Assembly (NCBI RefSeq): GCF_009914755.1
Contig: NC_060939.1
Origin: the human T2T-CHM13v2.0 reference genome, Homo sapiens
Strand: one strand, 5' to 3'
Length of the DNA stretch: 64,000 nucleotides
Within the stretch, counting starts at the first letter, position 1. Each line of letters starts with the position of its first letter. This document shows positions 29,261-51,957 of the stretch, in pieces. The notes beneath the pieces were generated by a model. That model was not told the DNA's origin, searched no databases, and worked only from the letters and a program-made list of their open reading frames with translations. The translations under genes were made by a program, and so were the position numbers.

Positions 29261-30183
29261 ATTGTGTCAGTACTTCTATTTGAACATATTCCCGTTAGGT
29301 CTAGCTTTCCCTGGCCTATAGCGGCAGAACAGATTATGCTGGAAAAGACCAAAGGGAAAGTTAGGCCTACAGGGTCTGCATCCAGAAGATGAAGTTATAT
29401 TAGAACCTCAAATGCAAGACTGAACCAAAATAGGAGGAAAGGTGAGATCTAACACCATTGGTAGACTAAGAGCAGAATACAGATATTCAGCAAAGGTGGC
29501 TTGGTACCTGGCACCCATCTTCTAAGTCAGCATAAGGCAAAGAGGTTAGGCTGTTTCCTCAAATATGGTATAATAACTGAGAAGAGACTTCACAATGGGT
29601 ATTTATTTGAATTTCCCACAGTGTACAGAATAACACCTTATTAGAATAAAAGCTATAGTAAATATTTGTATATTGATGTCTTAAAATTAAGAAAGTATTT
29701 AAAATGCTCCCCCTTTTAAGCCATCTATTCTATAAATATCTATTGAGTGAAATAATATACAAGACATTACCCTAAGCCATGTAAAGATCAGTAAGACCTC
29801 GCACCAGACCTCATATTTCTTATGGGCTAATTACTACCTATAATTCAATAGTCATTATTGTAATGACTTTATTAGTTTTAGTCTTCTAATTATATCATTA
29901 TTTCAATATCTTTAGAATAAACAGACCAAGTAATGAAATTTCAGAAATGATTTAGTGATGTAAGTGTGGGATCTAAACAAAAACAACTTTCTAGGAGGTT
30001 TCAGATTTGATTATAATCATCTCCTAACATGGAAAGGATGTAGAAATCCTTTTTCTACTCTTTTCTTGTAGGGATTAAGTATCGTTGATTCTTAAGAAGG
30101 ATATTGAAAAAAGGCAATAAGAAATACAATAACATCCCTATAGACAGTGAGAGCATACCAGAAAGACATAACCACAAAATAGA

Positions 30184-30364
30184 TCAACTGATTAGATGAG
30201 TGAGGGCCACCCACATTATGGAGGGGAATCTACTTCACTTAAATTCCACTGGGTTAAATTTCCATCTCATCCATAAACACCTTCACAGAAATACCCAAAA
30301 TAATATTTGGCCAAATATCTGGGTACTGTGGCCCAGCAAAGTTGACACAAAATTAATCACCACA
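30184..30364 (-). mobile_element. MLT2-type LTR fragment
   Basis: cacccacattatggagggg...caaatatctgggtactgtggcccagcaaagttgacac...caccaca. Confidence 0.7.
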
Positions 30365-31145
<781 letters not shown>

Positions 31146-31433
31146 GAAATGAAAGGAAAAAAGAATTTCAGAAATAAAGACTAAACAAAAAGCAGTACAA
31201 GAGTGAATAAACACAATAAATAAAAACCTGAGGAGCAATAAAAAGCAAAAAGGAGGAAAATTTTTAAGATCATAAAGAAATTAAAAAGATAGAAAAGATT
31301 TTAGATAGTGGCATATTTGAAGAGTGTTAAAGAAGATCCAACATGTGGCTGAAAGGAGTTTCTGAAAAGGGAAACCAAAGCAAGGGAACAAAACAAATAT
31401 TAAGAACTGTCTCTCAAGAAAATAATCCTGAAT

Positions 31434-31747
31434 TTATTTTATTTTATTTTATTTTATTATTTTTTTTTGAGATGAAGTCTCACTGTGTTGCTCAGCCTGG
31501 AGTGCAGTGGCACAATCTTGGCTCACTGCAACCTCTGCCTCCCAGTTTCAAGCGATTCTCCTGCCTCAGCCTCCTGAGTAGCTGGGATTACAGGCAGGCG
31601 CCACCACGCCTGGCTGATTTTTGTATTTTTAGTAGAGATGGGGTTTCTCCATGTTGGTCAGGCTGGTCTCGAACTCCTGACCTCATGACCCGCCCCATTG
31701 GCCTCCCAAAGTGCTGGGATTACAGGCATGAGCCACCGTGCCCAGCC
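31434..31747 (-). mobile_element. AluS
   Basis: Antisense Alu; TSD cctgaattt. Confidence 0.9.
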
Positions 31748-32051
31748 CTGAATTTTTAAAAAGATTTGAAATTGCACATTAAAGGAGGATACTCTGTACC
31801 AGACAATATCAAACCAGAATGATCATGACCAAAATATATTGGAATAAAATTTCTGAGCTCTAAAGAAAAAGAAGATATTTTGGGGGATCACGGCAAAAAG
31901 ACCAGGTGACTTAAAAGGGAAATAAAATATTGGACAATAATTCATTATGCCAGAAAAATGACATGAAAGCATTTTAAGGAAAATCAAGTAAAGAAAATAT
32001 TACTCAAAGATTTTATATCCAGTAAAACTAAATTTCAAGTAGAAAGGACAC

Positions 32052-32460
32052 AGATAGACTGAATAAAGAAAATGTGGTACATATACACCAGGGAATACTA
32101 TGCAGCCATAAAAAGGAACAAGATCATGTTCTTTGCAGCGACATGGATGAAGCTGGAAGCCATTATCCTCAGCAAACTAATGCAAGAACAGAAAACCAAA
32201 CATGCATGTTCTTACTTACGAGTGGGAGCTGAACAATGAGAACACATGGACACAGGGAGGGAACAACACTTACTGGGGCATGTCAGGGGAGAGCAATGAG
32301 GGGGAGAGCATTAGAGAAAAGAGCTAATACATGCTGGGCTTAATACCTAGGTGATGGGTTGATAGGTGCAGCAAACCACCATGGCACACATTTACCTATG
32401 TAACAAACCTGCACATCCTACACATGTACCCTGGAACTTAAAAACTAATAATAATAATTT
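32052..32460 (+). mobile_element. L1PA (about PA8-PA13) 3' end
   Basis: aagaaaatgtggtacatatacacc...ggtgcagcaaaccaccatggcacac...gtaccctggaacttaaaa. Confidence 0.9.
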
Positions 32461-33099
32461 TTTTAAAAAGTAAGGATGCAGATAAACTATCATCAATGTG
32501 CAAAAATTCAAGGAATCTTGTTCCCCATAATCCCTTTCTGAAGAATTGTGTTAATGTGCTTCAAACAACCAAAATAACTAGACAGACATTGACATAAGTA
32601 TAGATGGTGAGCACTGATATATTGCTCCTTTTAGAACTGAAAGTAAATGAGGGCCCTTTCCTCACACCATATACAACAATTAACTCAAAATCCATGAAAG
32701 GCCTAATGTAAGAACTAAAACTGTGAAACTCTTTGAAGAAAATATAGGTGTACATGTACTTGACCCTGGATTGGAAGTGGTTTCTTAGCTATGAAACCTA
32801 AATCACAAGCAACCAAAGAAAAAAATAGATAAATTGGACTTCATCAAAATTAAAACTTTTTTCAAAAGACACTATCAAGAAAATGAAAAGACAATGCACA
32901 GATAGGGAGAAAATGTTTGCAAATCATGTATCGCTTAAGGGTCTAATATCAGAAAATAAATGTATATATTTATCCTACAAATACAGTAAACATGTATTTG
33001 TAAACTGTTGCAGCTCAACAGTAAGGAAATAAACAACCCAATTAAAAAGTGGGCAAAAGATCTGAAGTGATGTTTCTCCAACAAAGGAAAGAAATGGCC

Positions 33100-33777
33100 G
33101 CTGAAGAAAACAAAATCTATATCTTGAAGAGATATCTGCACTTCATCTTCATTGCAGCATTATTCACAATAGTCAAGTTATGGAATCAACCTAACCATCC
33201 ACTGATGGATGAAGGAATTTTTTAAATGTATGTGTGTGTGCATATGTGTGTGTGTGTGTGTGTATGAAATGGAATATTATTCAGCCATAAAAAAGAAGGA
33301 AGTCCTGTCATTTGCAACAACATATATGAACACAGAAGACATTATGCTAAATGAAATAAACCAGGCAGAGAAGGACAAACAGTGTATGATCTCACTTACA
33401 TGTGGAATCTAAAAAAGTTAAACTCACAGAAACAGAGTAGAATAGTGGCTGCCAGGGACTTTGGGGTGGGGGAAATGGGGAGATGTTGGTCAAAGGGCAA
33501 AAACTTTCACTTATAAGATGAGTAAGCTCTGAGAATCTAATGTACAGCATGCTGATTATTGTTAATAACACTGTATTTTGTATTTGAAATTTGCTAAGAC
33601 AGATCTTCAGTGTTCACATACACAAAGAATGGTAATTATGTGAGATGATGGATGTATTAATTTACTTAATCATGGAAACAATTTCATAATGTATATGTAT
33701 ATCAAGTCATCACATTTCATATCTTAAATATATACAATTTTGTCAATTATACTTCAATAAAGCTGGAAAAATATAAA
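33100..33777 (+). mobile_element. L1MA9-like 3' UTR nested in the L1MB
   Basis: gaagagatatctgcac...ttgtcaattatacttcaataaagctggaaaaa. Confidence 0.85.
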
Positions 33778-33797
33778 CAGTAAACTCAAAGATCGAT

Positions 33798-33798
33798 G

Positions 33799-33837
<39 letters not shown>

Positions 33838-33840
33838 GAT
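33798..33840. repeat. (GATA)n tetranucleotide microsatellite
   Basis: Pure gata run. Confidence 0.95.
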
Positions 33841-34379
33841 GGATAGAATGATTTAGTTGTTTCTCCATTCATTGTAAAGTTAAAGATGAATACAAATTAT
33901 GTTGCATTCCTCTTATATACACCTAATTACATCAGAGAGCTAATATGTACCTCAGAAAAATACATGAAAATGAGTGCTTTATAAGACAACAAGGATTGAA
34001 GCTAACTGGGAAATCCTTATATACTTTTATACCCCTATATACACTTAAACAGGAGTTTCAACATCATTCCTAATTTTTCAGAGAAGCACATCCATTTTCA
34101 AAATTATTGATTCACTGAAATTTATCTCTGATCATTTTCAAATCATATTGAATTGCGTGAAACCCTCGAAAAAAAGAAATAGCCAATAAGCACATGCAGA
34201 GATGCCCAACATCATCAGTCATTAGGGAAATGCAAATCAAAACCATGGTGAGACACCTCTTCACACACACATGAAAAGATGATCATAATCAAAACTATGG
34301 ACGAGAGAAAGTGTGGGTGAGGATATGGAGAAAGTGGAGCCTTTATACAGCCAGTGGAACATAAAACGGCACAACCACA

Positions 34380-34728
<349 letters not shown>

Positions 34729-35334
34729 TTAAACTTTGATTTACCATATGACTCAGCAATTCCAGTCATAGGTATATACCCAAGAGAACTGAAAATGTAT
34801 TTTCGCACAAAAACTAATATACAAATATTGACAGCACTATGATTCATAATAGCCAAAAATGGTAACAACCTATATATCCCTCAACAGATGAATGAACAGA
34901 CAAAATGTGGTATATCCCAACTAGACAGTATTTTCAGCCACAGAAAGTAATTAACTATTGATACATGCTATAACACAGATGAATTTTGAAAATATTATGC
35001 TAAGTGAAAAAAGCCAGTCACAAAAGGCCACGATTCTATTGGTATGAAATGCCCAGAAGAGGCAAATCCACAGAGAGAAGGAAAATAGATTAATGGCTGT
35101 CAGGGCTGGAAGGAGGAGGAATGGGAATCTCTACTAATGGGTAGAGGTTTCTTTTTCAGGTGACAAAAAAGTTCTAAAATTGGATAGTGGTGATGGTTGC
35201 AGAACTCTGTGACTATACTAAAAAACAATGAATTGCGTACACTTTAAAAGAGTGAATTTTATGGTATGTGAATTATATTTCGTAAAGGTGTTATTTTTCT
35301 AAAAGACCAATGGAGGGTTAAAAAGAAAGTATAG

Positions 35335-35585
35335 GCTGGCCACAGAGGCTGACACCTGTAATCCCAGCACTTTGGGAGGCCAAGGTGGGCGGATCCCTTT
35401 AGGTCAGGAGAATTAGCTGGGCGTGGTGGTGCACACCCAGCTACTCAGGAGGCTGAGACACGAGAATCACTTGAACCCGGGACGGGGAGGTTGCAATGAG
35501 CCAAGATTGCACCACTGCACTCCAGCCTGGGCAACAGAGCAAGATACTGTCTCAAAAAAAAAAAAAAGAAGAAAAGAAAAAAGAA
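35335..35585 (+). mobile_element. Alu with an internal deletion
   Basis: gtcaggag joined directly to aattagctggg; TSD aagaaagtata. Confidence 0.88.
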
Positions 35586-35589
35586 AGAA

Positions 35590-38045
<2,456 letters not shown>

Positions 38046-38479
38046 ATCTCTACCAGAGCATGTTTGTTTACAATTTCAGATTAAAACCTCGCCTTCTTGG
38101 CTCGTCCAAGTTCCATATGACCTTCCTGCACCATGACTTTTGTTCTGTATTTGAGAGCAAGTTTTTAAACAACTCAATTTTGTGTCTGACATCAATGAAC
38201 AAAGATGTAGATGCTGTTCTGGAATCTGCCTCTGCGTGTCTTCATTCGTCACGGAGAAGGGGCTGCATATCATCTTCCAGATGGTGCTTGACAAGCACAC
38301 TCTTTATAGAATGAAAGGAAACTGTGGCCATGAACACCGCATTCAGCTTTCCCTCCGCTACCTCTGCAGCCTTTTAGATGCTAACATAGACTGCCTGCCC
38401 CGCTGCGGATTTACAGCTATTCGGATGTCAACTCTATTCCTTCCAGACTTTGTCTGCGTCAGATTAGTCAAGGCAGGCA

Positions 38480-38680
38480 GCTGTGATACAGACAGTAGGA
38501 AAAACAGTAGGCTTGGAATCAAGACACCTGGCCTCCACTGGCAACTCCTTCCAGCTCTGTAACCTGGGACAGGCTGCTCAATATTCCTGCATCCGTTTCC
38601 TCATCCGGAAGGTGGGGATTATACACGGGATTGTTGTGAGGGAGGTGATGCGTGAAAAAGCAACTTGTGAACTTTGAAAT
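38480..38680 (+). mobile_element. MIR
   Basis: ggcttggaatcaagacacctgg...ccagctctgtaacctgggaca...gtttcctcatc...attgttgtgagg. Confidence 0.7.
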
Positions 38681-39138
38681 GCACTCTCACCATTCAGAGG
38701 TCTTCAGCATCCTCACACAGCTCACTCCCAGTGAATTTCTTTCTCTATGTCATTACCCACAGTAATGGGTCACATTATCATGCTGCCCTATCCAACACAA
38801 AAAATGATCAGAAGATCTTATTGTCCTTTGAATGCCCTTGCAGCTGGGCCACTGAGGTTTGAAGAGATATGGTGTTGGAATGGGAAGAAGGCCTCAGGGG
38901 GTCTCAGAGCCATCTGGTTCCCTGAGTGTTCTCTTGTGTCCCTTCTGAGGTGCCTGGGGTTCCATGGCCAGGTTCAGCGACCACCTTAGGGTCAGGAAGT
39001 AGATATCGGCCACTCTGACCCTCATGCCTGCCTCTTCAGAGGAGCTCTGCCTTATCCAATCCACATCCTGGCGCATTTGTAAGTAAGAGTTCACGTCACA
39101 GGTTCTGAAAACAACAGCAGCAACAAGTATGAGTTCAA

Positions 39139-39523
<385 letters not shown>

Positions 39524-40181
39524 TTAAAGACACAACACAAAAGGTTTTTAAGGGAGCCAAATATTCATAAACACACTGATAAGAAGCCTGTGCTTTATAA
39601 ATGTTCTAACATAACTTCCTGTTAATATGCAAATAATGCCCCAGGGGATCTATAATGTGATTCTCTTCAGAAGTTTAACAAACTGCTGTGTAAACTAGTA
39701 GCTATTAATACTTTCTGCATTCATCTTACACATTAATTAAACCTTCAAACATTGCTGTCAGTTGTTCTTTTGCCAATCTTCTGTCAAACATTATTAAATA
39801 CAATTTCTCATTTCTTTCTATCTAAAAACATCCTTTTTTTCCTGAAATATTTAAAAAAACACTGTAATGTACCAAAAGATTTGAGAAAACTTGTCTCTTC
39901 TGGGAGATGCTGTGGCAAATCAATTCCTTCTAAATAATTAATTTTCTTGAGATCAATGCCTAATTAGTTTTGCATTTTCTTTTAAAGAACTCACTCAATT
40001 TTAGAAGATTATTGTTAAGGGAAAACTTATTTCCCGTCTTCATGCCCTGGAAGGGGCAGTATCAGAACACACAGCTCGGGCTTCTCGACTCCTCACTTGC
40101 TTCTTCCCCAAAAGGAGTGACTTATTTCATGGATGAGCAGACCCCATATGTAGGGCAGTGACCCCCATCCTACCTGCTACC

Positions 40182-40844
40182 TGTTATGGGTTGAATTATG
40201 TCTCCTAAAAGGTACGTTGAAATCCAAATCTCCAGTAACTGTGAATGTGTCTTTATTTTGAAATAGGATCTTTGCAGATAGAATCAGGTTAAAATGAGGT
40301 CACTACAGTGAGCCCTAATCCAAAATGACTGGTATCCTCATAAAAAGAGAAGGCTGGGTGTGGTGGTTCACACCTGCAATCCCAGCACTTTGAGAGGGAG
40401 ACCCCATCTCTGCAAAAAATAAAAAAATACAGCCAGGCATGGTGGTGCACACCTGTAGTCCCAGCTACTCAGGAGGCTGAGGTGGGAGGATCATTTGAAA
40501 CCCAGGAATTCAAGCATCGATCACACCATTGCACTCCAGCCTAGGTGACAGAGTGAGACCCCATCTCAAAAGAGAAGAAGAAGAAGAAGAAGAAGAGAGA
40601 AAACACAGATGTTTCTACAAACCAAGTGTGTATCTTCAAGCCAAGCAATGCCAAGGATGGCTGGCAAACACAGAAACTAGAAGAGGAAGGAAGGATTCTC
40701 CCCAACAAATTTCAGAGAAAGCGTGGCCCTCCTGACACCTTGATCTTGGACTTCTAGCTTCCACAACTGTGAAGTGACAAATTTCTGTTGTTAAACCACC
40801 CAGTTTGGGGTACTTTGTTACGGCTGCCTTCACAGATGGATACA
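40182..40844 (+). mobile_element. MLT1B/C MaLR LTR with a nested, internally deleted Alu (40352-40570)
   Basis: tgttatgggttgaattatg...gacaccttgatcttggacttctagc...ctttgttacggctgcc. Confidence 0.85.
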
Positions 40845-41011
40845 CCATCCTTGCTCTCTCTGCCCCCTGGTTCTGCTGGCACCCAGGCATGGCAAGGGCT
40901 TCCTCAAGCCAGGTCTGATCTTTCCAACCCATCTCTCATCTGTGCCAAAATCAGGCAAGTCATGCTCATGAAATTCCTATAGGTCTAGGTTCAGGGAAGG
41001 AGACAAGGGGC

Positions 41012-41801
41012 CTGTCTTTGTTTTGTGTTGCTATAACAGAATACCTGAAACTGAATAACTTATAAAGAAACGTATTGGCTTATGGCTCTGGAAGCTGGGA
41101 AGTCCAAGACTGAGGGGCTGACATCTGATGAGGGCCTTCTTACCATGTCATCCTATGGTGGATGATGAGAGAGTGAGAGAAAGCAAGAAGGCCAAATTCA
41201 AGCTCACTCCCATGATAAAGTTAATCCATTTGCGGGGGCGGAGCCCTCAGGGCCTAATTCCCTCTTAAAGTTCCCACCTGTTAACACTGTTGCACTGGGG
41301 ATTCCGTTTACAACACATGCTTCTTGGGGGTGCTATAGTTTGGATGTTTCACCTCTTCAAACCTCACATTGAAATTTGATCCTCAGTGTTGAAGCTGGGG
41401 TCTCACGGGAGGTGTTTGGGTTGTGAGGATGGATCCCTCATGAATAGATTAATGCTGTCCCTGGTGGGGGTGGGGAAGAAGTGAGTGAATTCTCACTCTA
41501 CTTTGTTGCTGCAAAAGCTGGATGTTCAAAAGAATGGGCATCTCCCTTCTCTCTTGCTTCCTCTCTTGTTATGTGATCTCTGCAATCTCTGCACACAGCA
41601 GCTCCCCTTCACCTTACACCATGAGTGGAAGCTCCCTGAGGCCCTTACCAGAAGCAGATGCTGGCACCATGCTTCTTGTAACAGCCTGCAGAACCATGAG
41701 CCGAATAATAAACCTCTTTTCTTTAGAAATTCCCCAGCCTCAGATATTCATTACAGCAACACAAATAGACTAAGACAGAGGGACACATTCGAACCATAGC
41801 A
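41012..41801 (-). mobile_element. MST/MLT1A-type MaLR LTR (host), split by an opposite-strand MSTB LTR
   Basis: tgtgttgctataacagaatacctga... resumes as ggacacattcgaaccatagca. Confidence 0.8.
41331..41777 (+). mobile_element. MSTB-like MaLR LTR
   Basis: TG...CA ends (tgctatagtttggatg...agactaagaca); 5-bp TSD ggggg/gaggg. Confidence 0.88.
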
Positions 41802-43377
41802 AATCTCTCTGCAGTCCAGATCTGTTACTTACTAGCACTGCTCTAGAACTTTCCTTCCGTTTGTTCCTTGTGTCTATGTTTCTACAACTATGTCATATAA
41901 CTATATGTATAGTTACAGCCTGCCGTTTAGCTATAACGTACTCTCCCACTGTGTCACTTGGCTCACCTCCTGTGCCAGTTAACAAGCTAATGTCAGGGCA
42001 AAATCCACTCTTCTATTCTCTGCTCTTTGTGGCTGGTATGCCCTCATTCATTCCTGATAGCTTCTCCACTCAAGCCTGCATCACCCTGAGTAACTTCAAC
42101 ATCCCCGTGACAACTCCCCCACCAGTGACAGCCTCTTGACTCCTCCTCTGTATGTCCCAGTCCACTCCATCTCAGCTGCCCCCTCCCATAGGCATACCTA
42201 GGATTTTGTCTTCACCAGAAGCTGTTCTCCTCCAAAATGGCAAATCCACAAACAGCCCATGCCCTGTCCATGGCTTCCAGCTTGCTCACTCAGCAATGTT
42301 CACCCTTTGACTATCATTTCTTCCCTTGGCTGATATTCTTATATTTGTCCTTGCCTCCTCCAATCTACTTTATGCATCAAAAACAGAGAATGCTTTTCAC
42401 ATTGCGTCAGGTCACTCTGTGCATGTCAATTATCAATATAATGTATATAGAAGGGGCACAGACTGATGGTTGCCAGGGAATCATAATAATGGCTGTTATG
42501 GAAGGGTGTGGTGAGTGTGGCTTGCAGTGATGTAACAGTATCTTGATTGTGGTGGTTACATAAATCTGCAAATGTGGCAGAATTGCATAGAACTATATAC
42601 ACACAAGTAAGTACTATGAAACTGCTGAAATCTCAATAAGCTCTATGGATTGTATCAATGTTAATGTCTCAGTTTTGATATTGTACTATAGTTATACAAG
42701 ATGTTATGGTGGGGGAAACTGGATGAAGGGTACAGAGGACCTTCCTGCACATTTTTTTTGCAACTTCTAGTGAATCTATAATCGTTTTCCAAAAAGGTTT
42801 TAAAAAAAAGGAAATAAAAATTTCTTCCTGACCTTCTGCTAGGTGGTGAGGATGCAGCTATGAGCGCAACAGGCTGTATCTCTAGACTCATATGACTGAA
42901 ACAGATAGGGAGGATAAGTTGTGGTTCTCATCACTCTTGGGACAAGCCAGGATCCTGAATAAGGTCTATTAGTTCCCCTAATGGGCCCTGCCAATCCTGG
43001 CAGCCTCACCTCCCGCTGTTCTTCAGTAACCACCTTGGCTTTTACAAGTTTCCTAGCGTGTAGGAGCTTCCTCCCCGACATGCCTCCCAACTCTCACCTG
43101 GGAGCAGCCTCCCCTGTGCTCCTAACCTGGTCAGGTCCCTGTACAGGCTCTGCCAGCTCCTTGAACCTCTTCTCCAGAGGTGCAATAGATCTAATCTCCC
43201 CTATTAAACTATAAGAATCGATGTTTTCGTTGCTCATGATTAAATCCTCAGCAATGTACACGGTGGCCAGAACATAGGAGTCACTCATGAATTTTTTGAA
43301 TGAGTGAATGACTGAAAGGGCTTTAAGCAGAGGATAATGCAATCTGATTTGCTTTTTAAAAAATAAACTTTTGTGGG

Positions 43378-43763
43378 GGCTGGGCACAGTAGCTCACGCC
43401 TGTAATCCCAGCACTTTGGGAGGCCAAGGTGGGCAAATCACTTGAGGTCAGGAATTCGAGACAAGCATGACCAATGAGGTGAAGCCCCCTCTCTACTAAA
43501 AATTTAAAAATTAGTCACTTTGGGAGGCCGAGGCGGGCGGATCACGAGGTCAGGAGATCGAGATCATCCTGGCTAACACGGTGAAACCCCGTCTCTACTA
43601 AAAATACAAAAATGATTAGCCGGGCGTGGTGGCAGGCACGTGTAGCCCCAGCTACTGGGGAGGCTGAGGCAGGAGAATGGCGTGAACCCAGGAGGCGGAG
43701 CTTGGAGTGAGCCGAGATCACGCCACTGCACTCCAGACTGGGCGACAGAGTCAGACTCCGTCT

Positions 43764-43802
<39 letters not shown>

Positions 43803-43987
43803 AAAATTAGCCAGGTGTGATGGCACACACCTGTAAACCCAGCGGGGAGGGAACTGAGGCAGGAGAATCTCTTGAACCTGGGAGGCGGAGGTTGCAGTGA
43901 GCTGAGTTCGCGCCACTGCGCTCCAGCCTGGGCGGCAGAGTGAAACTCCGTCTCAAAAATAAAATAAAATAAAATAAAATAAAATAA
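43378..43987 (+). mobile_element. AluS with a 5'-truncated AluY (43516-43800) in its linker
   Basis: Linker aaaaatttaaaa(a)ttag is duplicated around the inner AluY. Confidence 0.88.
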
Positions 43988-47050
<3,063 letters not shown>

Positions 47051-47377
47051 TTTAACTACAGATTAAGTATTCTAAAATCATCATTTTGGGCCAATGCCCA
47101 TTATTTAACTGGCTTAACAGTAATAATAATATTGATTCAGAAATTTTATTTAGTCAGTTATTTAAGAGAACATTTTGCAGCTAGTTTTGCTTGAGGTGTT
47201 CATCAGGTCATGACATGGTTTAAAGCTATTTCATCATTGCACTGATGAGATATTTTATCATTGCACTGGTAAGATATTTTATCACTAAGATTATATCTGT
47301 TTTAAAATTTTCAAACTAAAACTACTAAATGTATGGTAACAAATTTTGAGGCTTCCATTCATCCATTGTTGAAGTGA

Positions 47378-47699
<322 letters not shown>

Positions 47700-48189
47700 A
47701 AAGTGACCTAAAATTTTGACCCAGTCCAAGGGTACTTCCTCATCCCATCTCCATGCAGGGAATGTTCATCCTTTTAGAACATGTTGATAGCAAGTCCATC
47801 ATTTTTAAGAGGATTTTTAAACCATATTCTCAGCTCTACTGGATGTTAAATCATGTGACTATGAACTTAATAGGCAACGTGCATCACAGGACATGTCAGG
47901 GAAGATAGGTTCAAATGTATTGCTGCTGAGCATGCACAGAAAGCTTAAGTAAGAGAAATAATAATGATGCAGGATTACTTGAAGGCTGTATTGACCATCT
48001 ATTCATTTAGACTAATAAGGATGGAGATGGATTCAAATTGATCACAATGGTGATGCTCTAAGGAGACAGACCATGAGGTTCTGCTTCCCAGTTCCCTAGA
48101 ACTCCCTTGGTCCAGGACCTTCTGAGGGCTGGTGGTTGAGGTTTTCATTTGATTCTCACAGTTGATAGAGCAAACTTTAAGAAGCTGAT

Positions 48190-48370
48190 ATAGAGGAGAA
48201 AAAGGATCAAGTTAGGCATCAGGTTCCTGGGTCCACTACCTAACACCAGTGCTTCCTTGGACAAGTTACTTAAGCTCCATAAGCCTATTTCCTCATGTGG
48301 AAACTGGTCATAACAATCGCATTATAATCCCTACTTTGTCCAAATTAGATGAACACTGTGTGTAAGACAG
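48190..48370 (+). mobile_element. MIR
   Basis: ccttggacaagttacttaagctcc...tttcctcatgtggaaa. Confidence 0.65.
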
Positions 48371-49143
48371 CACCATTGTCTTACAAAGCAGTTACAAACT
48401 GGCAGCCAGATCAGGCACAGGGGCAGGCCATTTACCCTGCAAGATGATATATGTTTTAAAAGTTTGAGTCAACTTTTTCAAGTTCAAAAACTTCATATTA
48501 AGCCAAGATTTATGGCTTCCTTTAAAAACTTTAATGGATCTCACAATACTGTCCCTACATTTCCAAGAGCCGAGCAGCAGCCCTGCCCTTTAGGCAAAGC
48601 ACCAGCTCTCCAGGTGCCTCAGCTCCCTACCTTCCTAGCTGTCTCTATGTTTTTTTTATTAAAACCACAAATAAACTGTAAAGCCATAAAATAAGTGATT
48701 AATATTATTGCTGGAGATAACTTATGGAAGGCTTCTTAACACCTGAGAGGCGATGTTTCACTCAGAGTAAAGGTGAGGGTGGCCTCTATACGGCTGGTGA
48801 CAGAAGGTGCCCATGGCACAATTCAGTTTGTTGAGCCAAATTTTCTGTGCTTCATTCCACAGTCTTTGTAATCTGAGCATGCATGGCTTGAGAAACACTT
48901 TTTAGGCACACACTTTGATATAAAACAATTTGTCAAAAAAAGAAGATGCTGGAAATTCCAGAGTCAAGTAGTCTGCCTTACTGACATCATTCATGGCAAT
49001 AATATTATATGGGCTGCTATGAGCATCTGCTCAATATTATATGGGCTGCTAGGGGCATCTGCCCACTTTCCTAGAATGCCACTTTTCTTTCACTGGGTCT
49101 ATCCAAATTGGAAACTCCAAAGCCCATCCCAGTTCTCTCCCAC

Positions 49144-49175
<32 letters not shown>

Positions 49176-49354
49176 ATCATCATCATCGTCATCTCATCAT
49201 CATAGATGTGATGATGATGATCTCTCTCTCCCTTGACCTCTTAGGGAAATTACTATCTATAAAAATTAACTGGCAATGAGTCACATGTTGCTTTGAAACC
49301 TGTTCTATCATATCATGATGTCTTATTGTATGACCTATAATTTATTTGATTCTT

Positions 49355-49475
49355 TTGTAGGGACAGGGTCTTGCTATATTGCCGGGGCCAGTCTCAAACT
49401 CCTGGCCTCAAGTGATCCTCCCACCTCAGCCTTTCAAGTAGCTGAGACTACAGGCATGAGCCACCACACCCAGCT
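49355..49475 (-). mobile_element. FLAM monomer
   Basis: Single antisense left-monomer-like unit. Confidence 0.75.
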
Positions 49476-49496
49476 TATGACTTAATTATTCATATA

Positions 49497-50840
<1,344 letters not shown>

Positions 50841-51175
50841 TATTTGTATTCTGTCTTCACAAGTCCAGTGTAAGCCCCATGAGGGCAGGACCCATGACTC
50901 AAGAAGTCATCTGCACATATTCCCCATGCTCACCCCAAGCACCTACTACAGTACCTTGTGTATGAAAAAATACTCGATAAATATTTACTGAATTTTATTT
51001 TCTTCACCAGAGAAAGAACTGTGTAGATGTAACACAGTATTGAAAGTCAAGAGACTTCAATTCTTGGTCTGGGTCTGGAACTAATTGAGTATGATTTTTC
51101 AGACACTCTCTCTTTTAAAAAAATGTATTTTAAGCAAAATCTCTACCTATGGTAAGGATATAATCAGAATTCTAA

Positions 51176-51463
<288 letters not shown>

Positions 51464-51957
51464 TAATGAGCCAAAACACAAAGCCATTCTGACAGAGAAT
51501 GCTGGCTGTCAGCTGCATTCATTCAGAGCTAAGTGATCTGATCCACACACCAGCCTAACAGCCAAAGTGATCTCACTAAAATGACCAATATCACTGCAAA
51601 GGAAGGTTTTCCAGGCCAAGAGAACGTGCATGTGCAAAGACCCTGGGGCAAGAAAGAACCTGGCATTTCGTAGCTACCAAAAGCCCATATGCAGGAGAGC
51701 ACAGAGGGCAGAAAGATGTGAAGAGAATCACGAGATGGCCCAATGACGAAAGGGGAAGAGCTGGAAGGGAGTGCCATGAGCCCCTGTTGAAATCCCTCTG
51801 GCTGCAGTGTGGTGAGTGGATGGCAGAAGAGTCACAAAGGATGTGGGGGAAGAAGCTGTGAAAGGATGCCAGAAGAGATGTGATGTGACCTGGCCCTGGG
51901 TGGAAGCAAGGGAGATGGGAACAAAGGCATAGCTTCCAGAGAGGTCAAGATGTCAAA

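Noticed and set aside
38050-38470. Non-repeat stretch with overlapping ORFs and a few CpGs, considered as an exon or pseudogene
   Set aside because: No recognisable protein similarity or convincing splice-site pair; needs a conservation lookup
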